In this document: positions 27,934-36,500 of the stretch, one piece after another
How the letters are laid out: each line of letters starts with the position of its first letter
Position numbering within the stretch: the stretch's first letter is position 1
Assembly: GCA_965657355.1 (NCBI GenBank)
Contig: CBFHOE010000003.1
Coordinates: 293,145-357,144, forward strand
Source: Limisphaerales bacterium
Lineage (GTDB): Bacteria > Verrucomicrobiota > Verrucomicrobiia > Limisphaerales > JAJOIW01
Direction of reading: 5' to 3'
Length of the DNA: 64,000 bases
Translations under genes and position numbers: made by a program
Notes under the pieces: model-generated
Told to the model about the DNA's origin: nothing
Databases searched by the model: none
What the model saw: the letters and a program-made list of their open reading frames with translations, nothing else

Positions 27934-28725
27934 ATGTTTAGCCCGTGGAAGTTATTCATCCCAGCTCTGGTTATTCTGAGTTGGGGCCCACTCTCTGGGT
28001 GTTATCGTGAATCCGAAATTCGCATTTCCACTCCTATGACCGAGTCTGCCGAATTCGTAGGCAATTCGAGTTGTGAAACTTGTCATCAGCGTTATATCGA
28101 TGAATTTGGCTCGAGCCCACACGGACAATTTCACAACGAAAATGATTTGGTTGGGAAGTCCGGAGAGACTGGCTGTGAAAGCTGCCACGGTCCTGGAAGT
28201 CTTCACGTGGCTTCTGGTGGTAATAAAAAGGGTTTGATTGTCAACCCAGGAAAAAACCCTGAGTCGTGCTTGCAATGTCATATCTCGCAGCATGCTCAGT
28301 TTAGGTTTCCTTACCGGCATCCTGTCATTGAAGGGCGGATGAATTGCGTGGATTGCCACGATCCCCATGGCCAAAACATTTTTAGACCGGCGGGCGGGCT
28401 CATTAGCAAAACTTCAAGGCAGTTCTGTGGGGAGTGTCATCCGGCACAATCGCACGCATTTGTCTTCGAGCATGCAGCGATGACAGATGGATGCCAATCA
28501 TGCCACGAACCGCACGGATCTCCTAACCGGAAGATGTTAACGACACCTGGTCCTAATTTGTGTTTGAAATGTCATGCACAAGTTGTCGGGCCGTCTATTG
28601 CGCCAGGAAATTTAATCATAGGTGCCATTGACCACAGTAATTTCGTGAGTCAGGGAACTTGTTGGAGCTCAGGCTGCCACACAGCGGTTCACGGATCGAA
28701 TGTTCAACCGACACTTCTTTATTAG
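27934..28725 (+). CDS. Multihaem c-type cytochrome lipoprotein (7 CXXCH + 1 CX4CH; doubled-CXXCH type)
   Basis: The RBS AAGGAGG (27916-27922) lies 11 nt before the ATG at 27934. The lipobox is in ALVILSWGPLSGC. The haem motifs are CETCH, CESCH, CLQCH, CVDCH, CGECH, CQSCH, CLKCH and CWSSGCH, all within 263 aa. Confidence 0.85.
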   Translation: MFSPWKLFIPALVILSWGPLSGCYRESEIRISTPMTESAEFVGNSSCETCHQRYIDEFGSSPHGQFHNENDLVGKSGETGCESCHGPGSLHVASGGNKKGLIVNPGKNPESCLQCHISQHAQFRFPYRHPVIEGRMNCVDCHDPHGQNIFRPAGGLISKTSRQFCGECHPAQSHAFVFEHAAMTDGCQSCHEPHGSPNRKMLTTPGPNLCLKCHAQVVGPSIAPGNLIIGAIDHSNFVSQGTCWSSGCHTAVHGSNVQPTLLY

Positions 28726-28754
28726 TGGCTCAACCAAGAGAGATCAATAAGCCC

Positions 28755-31187
28755 ATGTATCCGATTTGGAAAATAGTTTCTTTTTGGTCCTTGTTTCTCC
28801 TCCTTTCCTTCAAGGGGCTTGTTTACGGTGAAGATTTAGATTGGTCCGAGGGAGTAAATCTAAAAGCGATTCCTGAGGCTATAGGTCGAAAGGTGGATTT
28901 TAAGTCCGAGGTCTGGCCCATATTAGATAGGCATTGCATAAAGTGCCACGGTTCCTCGAAACCTCAATCAGGTTATCGGATGACGAGCCGAGAACTCGCC
29001 ATTGAATCGGGAGACTACGGTGGAAATATCATCGTTGGTGATGGGTTTAGAAGTCCGTTAATTCACTTTGTGGCCTACGCTATTGAAGATTGGGAGATGC
29101 CTCCGATTGACGACAGAGAGGGAAACAAAAAACTTAGCTTGAAGGAGATATCCATTTTGCGTGCGTGGATAGATCAAGGAGTTGAATGGGAAGAGGTATC
29201 ACCTCAAGTTGTCAGTGCCAATGTAAAGTCTACCGCCAGAATTTGGTGGGTAGAGGGCAATAAGAATCAGTTTCGGCAGCTTCAGGGATATAGGGAGGAT
29301 GATGGTGCTGGGCTGACCTCATTCTCTCTTAACAACCCGGTAAAAGACGGTGCTGAGTGGTATTTAAACGGATCTGTATGGGATCGTCCTGACGAATACA
29401 AACTTTCTATTGGATATGACCAGCCATCGGGTATTTGGTTCGAAAGTGGAATAGAACAATGGAAATCATTTGATACTGCGACCGGTGGGTATTGGAGTCA
29501 ATTTTCAAACCCAGCGCCAGTGCTTCCTGGAATCATAGCCCAGACGCACAAGGATTTTTATTTCAAGTGGGGCATTCAAAGTGATGATGGTCCCAGTCTT
29601 TCTGTCTCTTACAACATTGCCTCTGTGGATGGACAGAAGTCACTCACATCATTTGGCCCTGTAGCTCAAATGATAGGCTCTAATTATACCTTGCGATCAA
29701 TAAGGCCTGCGACCAAAGACCGGGATAATCAAGTGCATCGTTTGGACATACTTCTTAAATCCAGCGAGGACACGAATCTTTATTGGGAGGATCAAGCCAC
29801 GATCGTATGGCAATCTCTTGATGAGACCAGAAGTGAGTATGCTTCATTCGGGGCTGGAGTGCCTAGTCCTGAAGAAAGGGTAGACCGCAGAGACACCTGG
29901 GATTCTTTACGTGGTTCCAATTCCATTCGAATGCTCAAAAAACTCGATGATATGTGGCAACTTTCTTTGGGGCATTCTTTCGCCCTCATGGAGGGTGAAT
30001 CAGTTTTTGCTGAGAATTTCATAGGGCTAAGCTCTCCCTTTTCTTTTCAGGGGCCTGTGGGACAAGGGATTATTTTGAACCAGCATAGCCAAATGGGGAA
30101 CGTTAACCTAAGCAGTGGACCGTGGTTTGGTGCCGTGAATTTCACATCCGGAATTCAGTTTGATTGGCTTACCCAAGATGGAGAAGGGCAAATTATACCT
30201 TTTCCTGGGGCTAATCCACAGACCTTGGATACAGGTTGGGATCAAACGCGATTTACAGAGTATTTAAGAGCAAACTATACAGGGTTAAAGAAACAGACGA
30301 TATACGTTGAAACGAGATTCCGCCAGATGGGGTATGATCAGAGTGAGTTACTCGAAACTGTCGTCAACCGAATGACGGAAGCGGACCACCGGTACGGCCA
30401 GTATTCTGCTGGATGGCAGATGAGGCCGCATTCTAAATTAGGCATACATCTGAGAGGAAAGCTCTCTCACGAGATAACGGAATTCAATCATCCATTGGAT
30501 CAGGAATTTGGAGTTCAGGGTAATGGATATCCCGCCTTTTTGAGAGATCGTTATTCGGAAAGTATGGAGTTGGATGCACGAATATCTTGGAGGCCTCACA
30601 GCCAGCTGCAATTTGAGAAAAATTACAAATGGGCTAAGACTGACTTTGAGACGACAACTGATGCGGCCAGAGATTTCAGCGGTTCGATTCTTTCCCCGGG
30701 GGGGAATATAGATTCTGCTGAATACGAGACTCATACGACGGGATTGACGATGACATGGACGCCTGCCCCTCGAGTTCACGGAACGGTTCATGGCAATGTT
30801 ACTCGTTGGGATATGGCTAGCCAGGCCAATGGTTTTGCTGGTGTGTCACCTTTCAAGGGGTGGACATGGTGGGCCGGCACATATTGGTCTTACATTCTTA
30901 ATACGAAGACGAATGTATTTTTCTCCGGGGATATAAACAGGGCTCATTTTTTTGATGGTGATAGTGGTTTTGCTTTTGCCCATGGACTGGATTATTTGTG
31001 GAAAAGGGCTCGGGCTGGAATACATCACAAATTGCGTCCTAACTTTAGTGCCTTTGCTGAATATTCATTTTCTATCTGGGATCAGCCATCTTTTGGCGGA
31101 TTCAATGACTTCGAAGCTCATGGGATCTTTATTGGATTTGACTGGGATCTTGAAGTGGAGAAAAAACAAAAAAAATCGAAGAATTAG
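28755..31187 (+). CDS. Fusion of an N-terminal monohaem PSCyt1-type cytochrome c domain to a ~650-aa putative outer-membrane beta-barrel
   Basis: The ATG at 28755 gives the signal peptide MYPIWKIVSFWSLFLLLSFKGLVYG. It is followed by VWPILDRHCIKCHG...WEMPP...ISILRAWIDQG (planctomycete cytochrome c domain). The remainder is rich in short alternating aromatic/polar strands (TIYVETRFRQMGY, LGIHLRGKLSHE, ELDARISWRP, TGLTMTWTP, FAEYSFSIWD, GIFIGFDWDL). Confidence 0.7.
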   Translation: MYPIWKIVSFWSLFLLLSFKGLVYGEDLDWSEGVNLKAIPEAIGRKVDFKSEVWPILDRHCIKCHGSSKPQSGYRMTSRELAIESGDYGGNIIVGDGFRSPLIHFVAYAIEDWEMPPIDDREGNKKLSLKEISILRAWIDQGVEWEEVSPQVVSANVKSTARIWWVEGNKNQFRQLQGYREDDGAGLTSFSLNNPVKDGAEWYLNGSVWDRPDEYKLSIGYDQPSGIWFESGIEQWKSFDTATGGYWSQFSNPAPVLPGIIAQTHKDFYFKWGIQSDDGPSLSVSYNIASVDGQKSLTSFGPVAQMIGSNYTLRSIRPATKDRDNQVHRLDILLKSSEDTNLYWEDQATIVWQSLDETRSEYASFGAGVPSPEERVDRRDTWDSLRGSNSIRMLKKLDDMWQLSLGHSFALMEGESVFAENFIGLSSPFSFQGPVGQGIILNQHSQMGNVNLSSGPWFGAVNFTSGIQFDWLTQDGEGQIIPFPGANPQTLDTGWDQTRFTEYLRANYTGLKKQTIYVETRFRQMGYDQSELLETVVNRMTEADHRYGQYSAGWQMRPHSKLGIHLRGKLSHEITEFNHPLDQEFGVQGNGYPAFLRDRYSESMELDARISWRPHSQLQFEKNYKWAKTDFETTTDAARDFSGSILSPGGNIDSAEYETHTTGLTMTWTPAPRVHGTVHGNVTRWDMASQANGFAGVSPFKGWTWWAGTYWSYILNTKTNVFFSGDINRAHFFDGDSGFAFAHGLDYLWKRARAGIHHKLRPNFSAFAEYSFSIWDQPSFGGFNDFEAHGIFIGFDWDLEVEKKQKKSKN

Positions 31188-31273
31188 CCTGCTAACTATT
31201 GACACACAATGTAGTGAGAGTGACTTTAGGCCAGGCTCTATCAAACATAGACCCCAATTATAAGCCAAATTTC

Positions 31274-32053
31274 ATGAATAAAATTAAGGACCAACCATCG
31301 CGTCGTAACTTTATAAAAACCTTTGCATATGTGGCTGCTGCAGGGTGCGGTTTGAAGAAACTTTGTGGGAACTCAGCCATAGGCGCGCTACTACCTGAGC
31401 CTGCTACTGGTGCTGGTTATATCCACCTCAAGACCCAAGATTTTCCAGAGATGAAAACCAATGGGCAAACCTTGAGATTGGGATTCACAGCAATTTCCGG
31501 AGGAGGGAGCCAACGCCGCCCGGTGAATACGACTTTTTTTCCATTACTTATCACGCGCAATGGTCCTGGTGATTATTTTGTGGTTGATTCCAATTGTACA
31601 CACGCTAGTTGGATGGTTCAGCAATCCGGAACTCGACTACGCTGTCCTGTCCACGGTTCGCAGTGGCAATTGGATGGAACCCGGATTAGTGGTCCGGCTT
31701 CCGCTCCTTTGAAAAAGTATGACTTCGTATGGCAGCCTACTGGCGAGGGATCCGAAGGCACTCTTTCTATAGAAGTTCCCAAACTTGGATACTCCATAGA
31801 ATTACAGCCAGTTGAAGAGGGCGAATTTCTTGAATTTAAGTTTTTGGCCAGGCGCGCGATCAAATATCAAATCCTGTTTCGTGAATCGTTCTCGGAAAGC
31901 TGGCAAGTTGTCGAGCACGCCCAAACAAAGGGTCAGGAGCCAAATCAAACTCAGTTTGTTAAAAATGATTTCGACTCATTTGTGAATATCTGGGTGAAAA
32001 AACCAAATGCCCAGGGGTTTTTTGGTATCAACAATATTGTTGAAAAAGTTTGA
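31274..32053 (+). CDS. Tat-exported Rieske [2Fe-2S] domain protein with an uncharacterised C-terminal domain
   Basis: The ATG at 31274 gives MNKIKDQPSRRNFIKTFAYVAAAG (a twin-arginine signal). The cluster ligands are CTH...CPVHGSQW. The bc1-type disulfide cysteines are absent. Confidence 0.8.
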   Translation: MNKIKDQPSRRNFIKTFAYVAAAGCGLKKLCGNSAIGALLPEPATGAGYIHLKTQDFPEMKTNGQTLRLGFTAISGGGSQRRPVNTTFFPLLITRNGPGDYFVVDSNCTHASWMVQQSGTRLRCPVHGSQWQLDGTRISGPASAPLKKYDFVWQPTGEGSEGTLSIEVPKLGYSIELQPVEEGEFLEFKFLARRAIKYQILFRESFSESWQVVEHAQTKGQEPNQTQFVKNDFDSFVNIWVKKPNAQGFFGINNIVEKV

Positions 32054-32085
32054 TTAGAAGTTGACTCATTCCCTCTCCACTCGCG

Positions 32086-32751
32086 ATGGATATTTCAATA
32101 GCTGTTGCCACAGGTAACAAGCACAAGCTCCAAGAAATCGCTGTTATCTTAGGCCTGAGTCCTGAGTCGATTTACTCATCGCATGATTTTGAAGGTTTTC
32201 TTGATCCTGTCGAGGATGGGGAGTCCTTTGCTGAAAACGCTACGATAAAAGCGAAAGCATTAGCTCAATTCATCCAATCACAACACCCGCACCATCCCTT
32301 CCTATGTGGTCCTGGATTGAAGTTAGTCATATCAGACGACAGCGGCCTCGAAGTGGATGCATTAGGTGGACGACCAGGTATTCATTCTGCACGATTCGCT
32401 TCAACTGAACTTGGTATTGAAGGTAATTCTCCTGATTCATCAAATAATGAGAAGTTACTGAGGCTTTTAAGCACAACAGATCCTGATAAGAGGCAATCAA
32501 GATTTGTTTGTGTCATCGCTTGTCTGCCTCTAAATGCACCGGTGATGAATGTTCAGACGTTCCATGGGGATTGTCCTGGGCGTATTTCCAATACACCTTC
32601 AGGACTTCATGGTTTTGGATACGATCCGCTCTTCATTCCCGATGGATATGAAGAGTCGATGGCCGAATTGGGGGAGCATACGAAGTCAAAAATTAGTCAC
32701 CGGTCAAGAGCCCTAGAGGGATTTAAAAAATACCTCCACTCCATTTTATAA
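32086..32751 (+). CDS. rdgB: dITP/XTP pyrophosphatase (RdgB/HAM1 family)
   Basis: IAVATGNKHKLQEI, DDSGLEVDALGGRPGIHSARF, GFGYDPLFIP and KISHRSRAL are present. Confidence 0.9.
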   Translation: MDISIAVATGNKHKLQEIAVILGLSPESIYSSHDFEGFLDPVEDGESFAENATIKAKALAQFIQSQHPHHPFLCGPGLKLVISDDSGLEVDALGGRPGIHSARFASTELGIEGNSPDSSNNEKLLRLLSTTDPDKRQSRFVCVIACLPLNAPVMNVQTFHGDCPGRISNTPSGLHGFGYDPLFIPDGYEESMAELGEHTKSKISHRSRALEGFKKYLHSIL

Positions 32752-32941
32752 TTCGTTACCATTTGCCCGGCTTTTGGCCCCACAACTAAGCTATCGGGCA
32801 CTTTTTCGCGGAGAAAACGTTCTCTCAATGAAAGGCTTAATAACTCCAATTAAACCATGGAAAAATGTTTCACTTCTTCGTTTTTCTGGTATTATTGGGA
32901 AAATGTCTCTTTCAAACGTTAGAGACCAACCTTTACTAACC

Positions 32942-34477
32942 ATGAAAAGACTTTTCTTATCAGCCACTTTCGCAACCATCTGCGCAATGGGTTCTGTTCA
33001 GGCAGAGGTCAATTTTGCAAAGGATGTATTACCTATTCTACGAGATAATTGCATTAGCTGCCACGGAGCCAAAAAGAAGAAGGGCAGACTTCGCCTGGAC
33101 ACCGAGGCCTTTGCTCACAAAGACTCTCTAATCCCAGGCGACCTTGAGGGGTCTGAGTTATACCAACGAGTCATCCTACCTGCTGACGACGATGACATCA
33201 TGCCTCCATTGGACGATGGCCGAAAGCCACTCAAAAAGGCAGAAATCGAAATTATTAAAAATTGGATTCAAGAAGGTGGCAAATACACCGGAGTTGACAT
33301 AATCACTCCTGCTGCTGAAAAACCAGTAGAAGCTGCTGAAGTTGCGGACAAGATCGATTCATCTTTTGATTTTAACCAAGACATCCGTCCTATACTCGAC
33401 AGTCTTTCAGCTGATCAAAAAACAAAACTGATGGCTTGGATTGCCAAAGGTGCTGAGATGCCACAAGTTAAAGCATCGGAACCTCAGTTGGTTGAGACAG
33501 AAGTTTCGGATGCGGAGAAGGCCGCCATAGCAAAACTCCAATCTGAAGGAGTTCTGGCTATGAAGGTTGCGCAAAATGTCAATTGGGTACAGGCGAATTT
33601 CCGATTGGCTGGCGAAGCCGTCAAGGATGAAAACATAGCTGTTCTCAAAGATATTAAAAATCTGACAGATTTAGATTTATCAAAGACAAGTGTTACTGAT
33701 TCCGGCCTGGCTCATCTTAAGGATCTGACCAACATTACCCGCCTCAATCTTAACAACACTGCTATAACTGATGAGGGACTTAGTCACCTTGTTGGACTAA
33801 AGAATCTAACCTATCTCAATCTTTACGGCACAGCAGTGACTGACAAAGGTCTGGCTAAATTAAGTAAAATACAGACGCTTAAAAAGCTTTACCTTTGGCA
33901 GACAAAAGTGACCGATTCAGGCGCAAACGCCCTCAAATCTGAACTCCCATGGATTTATATTAATCGAGGAATCGAATTAGCAGCGCTTGCTCCAGAACCC
34001 AAGAAGGAAGAACCGAAAAAGGAGGCGGCACCTAAACAGGCAGCCAAGGCCCCAGTCGAAAAGAAAAAACCCGAGCCATCATCAAAGGCCAAAGGTCCTT
34101 CTATTTCTGACGTTATATTATTTTTAAGCCAGGCAGATGCGCCTCAGAAGGCTGCACCGAAAGCGAAAGCTGCGGTTGCCAAAAAGAAGGAGACTCAAAA
34201 GAGTGCTGAAGCCAAAGGCCCGTCTATTTCTGACGTTATATTGTTTTTGAGCCAGGCAGATGCGCCTCAGAAGGCTGCACCGAAAGCGAAAGCTGCGGTC
34301 GCCGAAAAGAAAGAGACTAAGAAGAGCGCTGAGGCAAAAGCTCCCTCTATCTCCGACATTATTCTCTTTTTGAGTAAATCTGAAGTAGCCAAGGACAAGG
34401 CTGTTTCGGCAAAGAAAAAAGTAAAAACGAAGCCAACTGGCTTGACAATAGCCGAAGTCGTTCTGAGCCTGAACTAA
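32942..34477 (+). CDS. Secreted PSCyt1 cytochrome c domain + leucine-rich repeats + Lys/Ala-rich tandem-repeat tail
   Basis: The ATG at 32942 gives the signal peptide MKRLFLSATFATICAMGSVQA. It is followed by VLPILRDNCISCHG...IMPP...IEIIKNWIQEG, about five LRRs (LTDLDLSKTSVTDSGLAHLKDL...) and then 41-aa repeats. Confidence 0.8.
   Translation: MKRLFLSATFATICAMGSVQAEVNFAKDVLPILRDNCISCHGAKKKKGRLRLDTEAFAHKDSLIPGDLEGSELYQRVILPADDDDIMPPLDDGRKPLKKAEIEIIKNWIQEGGKYTGVDIITPAAEKPVEAAEVADKIDSSFDFNQDIRPILDSLSADQKTKLMAWIAKGAEMPQVKASEPQLVETEVSDAEKAAIAKLQSEGVLAMKVAQNVNWVQANFRLAGEAVKDENIAVLKDIKNLTDLDLSKTSVTDSGLAHLKDLTNITRLNLNNTAITDEGLSHLVGLKNLTYLNLYGTAVTDKGLAKLSKIQTLKKLYLWQTKVTDSGANALKSELPWIYINRGIELAALAPEPKKEEPKKEAAPKQAAKAPVEKKKPEPSSKAKGPSISDVILFLSQADAPQKAAPKAKAAVAKKKETQKSAEAKGPSISDVILFLSQADAPQKAAPKAKAAVAEKKETKKSAEAKAPSISDIILFLSKSEVAKDKAVSAKKKVKTKPTGLTIAEVVLSLN
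34091..34400 (+). repeat. In-frame 123-bp tandem repeat (two near-identical units plus one degenerate unit)
   Basis: The units start at 34091, 34214 and 34337. Each encodes KGPSISDVILFLSQADAPQKAAPKAKAAVA(K/E)KKETxKSAEA. Units 1 and 2 differ at only a handful of mostly synonymous positions. Confidence 0.85.
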
Positions 34478-34530
34478 TTGTTGAAAGTTCAAGCTAAATT
34501 GATACATTTTTCAATAATAACCAAAATCCT

Positions 34531-35160
34531 ATGAAGATAATCAAAACACTTCTCTCAATCATTGTATTGGCAACAGTGACTTCGTCATATGCTGCTTCCA
34601 ACGAAAAATGCCCGATCTCCGGAAGACCGGTGAATGCTGAAGTCTCTGAAAACATCAATGGCAAAGATGTTGGATTCTGCTGCAAGAATTGTAAAAAGGA
34701 CTTCACTTCTAAGTTGAACCTCCAGGACAAAGAGGGACCAGGAAAATGCCCGATTTCAGGAAAGCTAGCTTCTCTAGATAATCAAATTCTCCATGTAAAA
34801 ACTGAAGCTGTTCAGTTTTGTTGTAACAACTGTCAGGCAAAATATGCCAAAGAAAACAAATTAGCCATCAAGGACGGCAAACCTGGCAAATGTCCAATGT
34901 CTGGTCAGCCTGCCAAAGCGGACAAAATGGTTATTCACAACGGCGAGAAAGTATTCTTTTGCTGTAACAACTGCAAAGGAAAATATGTTGCGAAGGTCGC
35001 TACAGTGAAAAATGAAGGGCCTGTCAAATGCCCTCTTTCAGGAAAGGAAACCAATCCTGAAACCATGATGCTTGTTACCAAGACCTCTAAAGTCAATTTC
35101 TGCTGTCCAAATTGTCCTAAGGCATACACCAAAAAACACTTCGCCAAAGCCGGCAAGTAA
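34531..35160 (+). CDS. Secreted protein made of four Cys-rich repeats (C-P-x-S-G ... F-C-C-x-N-C; YHS/TRASH-like)
   Basis: The signal peptide is MKIIKTLLSIIVLATVTSSYA. Four ~45-aa units follow: KCPISGRP...VGFCCKNCKKDF, KCPISGKL...VQFCCNNCQAKY, KCPMSGQP...VFFCCNNCKGKY and KCPLSGKE...VNFCCPNCPKAY. Confidence 0.7.
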   Translation: MKIIKTLLSIIVLATVTSSYAASNEKCPISGRPVNAEVSENINGKDVGFCCKNCKKDFTSKLNLQDKEGPGKCPISGKLASLDNQILHVKTEAVQFCCNNCQAKYAKENKLAIKDGKPGKCPMSGQPAKADKMVIHNGEKVFFCCNNCKGKYVAKVATVKNEGPVKCPLSGKETNPETMMLVTKTSKVNFCCPNCPKAYTKKHFAKAGK

Positions 35161-35185
35161 AGGAATTCTCAATTAGCTTTCACAA

Positions 35186-35219
35186 AGCCCTGCCTATCCA
35201 GCAGGGCTTTTTTATTTTT
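35186..35219 (+). terminator. Intrinsic terminator
   Basis: The 8-bp stem AGCCCTGC (35186-35193) pairs with GCAGGGCT (35201-35208) around a 7-nt loop, followed by TTTTTTATTTTT. Confidence 0.8.
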
Positions 35220-35319
35220 AACTGGAATTTATAAACCGGATTGGCCAACCAAATCCTGATAAATAAATAAATTTTGGTGTATTTGATGGTTGGAACTGAT
35301 AAAAAGAGCTTTAAATCCC

Positions 35320-36453
35320 ATGAGTGATACTAATGAAAAAAAGACAGTAGAAAACGATCCCAATAGTGAGGATCCAAAGGGCATTGGTAAACCGCAAAAA
35401 TTTATGGGGAAATTGAGTTGGGGGATATTGGCTTTAGGTCTTGTTATCCTGGGTTTTGCTCTAAATTTGGTTGTTGGGAAGGGAGCCCCGATTTCTGAGT
35501 ATCTGATTCTATTCGCCAAGCATTCAGTTTCATTAGTTGTTATCCCATTAGTTTTGAGTTATGTCGTTTGGGTCAGCACAAAATGCAATAAGACCCTATC
35601 AGGGATAGTTTACTATATTGCCTTTATTGCGACATTTGGTTGGATACTCGCCCAAGAGGTTTCGAGCCCACAAAACTTTAAGACCTTTGGGAGTTTTGTT
35701 AAAAATAGATATGACCTTCAGAAGAAATATGACTTAGCAAAAAAGGAAAATAAAAAGACAGACGAGTTAGTTCAAAAAATATTTTTAGTAAACAGTAACT
35801 ACCTCGCCCAAATGTCCAGCCAAAGTGATGGCGCGCAGAAAGAATTATTTCAAAACATACTTACCTTTACATCTTTAAAACACGAAAATTCAGCCAAATT
35901 ATCTGAGCTGGAAAAGTCGATTTTCACTGATACCTTCGTAAATTACCCCGACCTTAGAGAGAACACTCAGGCACAAGAGAAAATTAAAATTATAAATGAA
36001 TACCTAACGACTATTGAAAGTCTGCGGAGGAATAGCGAGGCATTCAAAGAGTTCTTTGGGGAGGATAAGAGTGACGGAATATTGCTGAAGAGGATGGAAT
36101 TGAGATTCTTATTTGAGAAAGTGATTCTTCCTCACGCCGATTCTGTTAATAAGCTTGAGACGTATTATTTATCCTGTGAGAATTTTGTGACTAATTTAAA
36201 AAAACTTATTCTTTGGACGTCGGAGAACACTGACCAATGGACATACGAAAGTGACGAAAGTGCGCAGCCGGCGAAAATAACAATTAAGTTAAATTCACCC
36301 GAGGCTGAAAATTTTTTCTCTGCATTGGTTAATGAGACAGAGCAGGGGTTAAAAGAGTTGAATGCCGCCACCCAAAGGATCATGAATCCATCTTCAGAAA
36401 ATTCAAATCAATCTGGTGATGCAGAATCTAAAAAAGATAATCCTGCAGAATAG
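35320..36453 (+). CDS. Hypothetical membrane protein (four predicted TM helices followed by a long helical soluble region)
   Basis: Long ORF. The ATG at 35320 is preferred to the TTG at 35290. Hydrophobic segments include GILALGLVILGFALNLVV, SLVVIPLVLSYVVWV and IVYYIAFIATFGWILA. I recognise no family. Confidence 0.6.
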   Translation: MSDTNEKKTVENDPNSEDPKGIGKPQKFMGKLSWGILALGLVILGFALNLVVGKGAPISEYLILFAKHSVSLVVIPLVLSYVVWVSTKCNKTLSGIVYYIAFIATFGWILAQEVSSPQNFKTFGSFVKNRYDLQKKYDLAKKENKKTDELVQKIFLVNSNYLAQMSSQSDGAQKELFQNILTFTSLKHENSAKLSELEKSIFTDTFVNYPDLRENTQAQEKIKIINEYLTTIESLRRNSEAFKEFFGEDKSDGILLKRMELRFLFEKVILPHADSVNKLETYYLSCENFVTNLKKLILWTSENTDQWTYESDESAQPAKITIKLNSPEAENFFSALVNETEQGLKELNAATQRIMNPSSENSNQSGDAESKKDNPAE

Positions 36454-36500
36454 CTTTACTTATTTTCTTCATTTCTTTCTTTAATCTAAAATAATTTGTC

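Noticed and set aside
28659-28754. The ORF-track start at 28659 for the haem-barrel fusion, which overlaps the end of the multihaem cytochrome gene.
   Set aside because: The extra 32 residues (LELRLPHSGSRIECST...) are the out-of-frame read of the cytochrome C terminus. The ATG at 28755 is preceded by a purine-rich AAGAGAG stretch and immediately yields a signal peptide.
34091-34400. Regularly spaced 123-bp direct repeats considered as a possible CRISPR array or non-coding satellite.
   Set aside because: The units are contiguous with no spacers. They are far longer than CRISPR repeats and stay in frame within a 511-aa ORF, encoding a sensible repeated peptide. The antisense ORF 34124-34507 is a by-product of the repeat.
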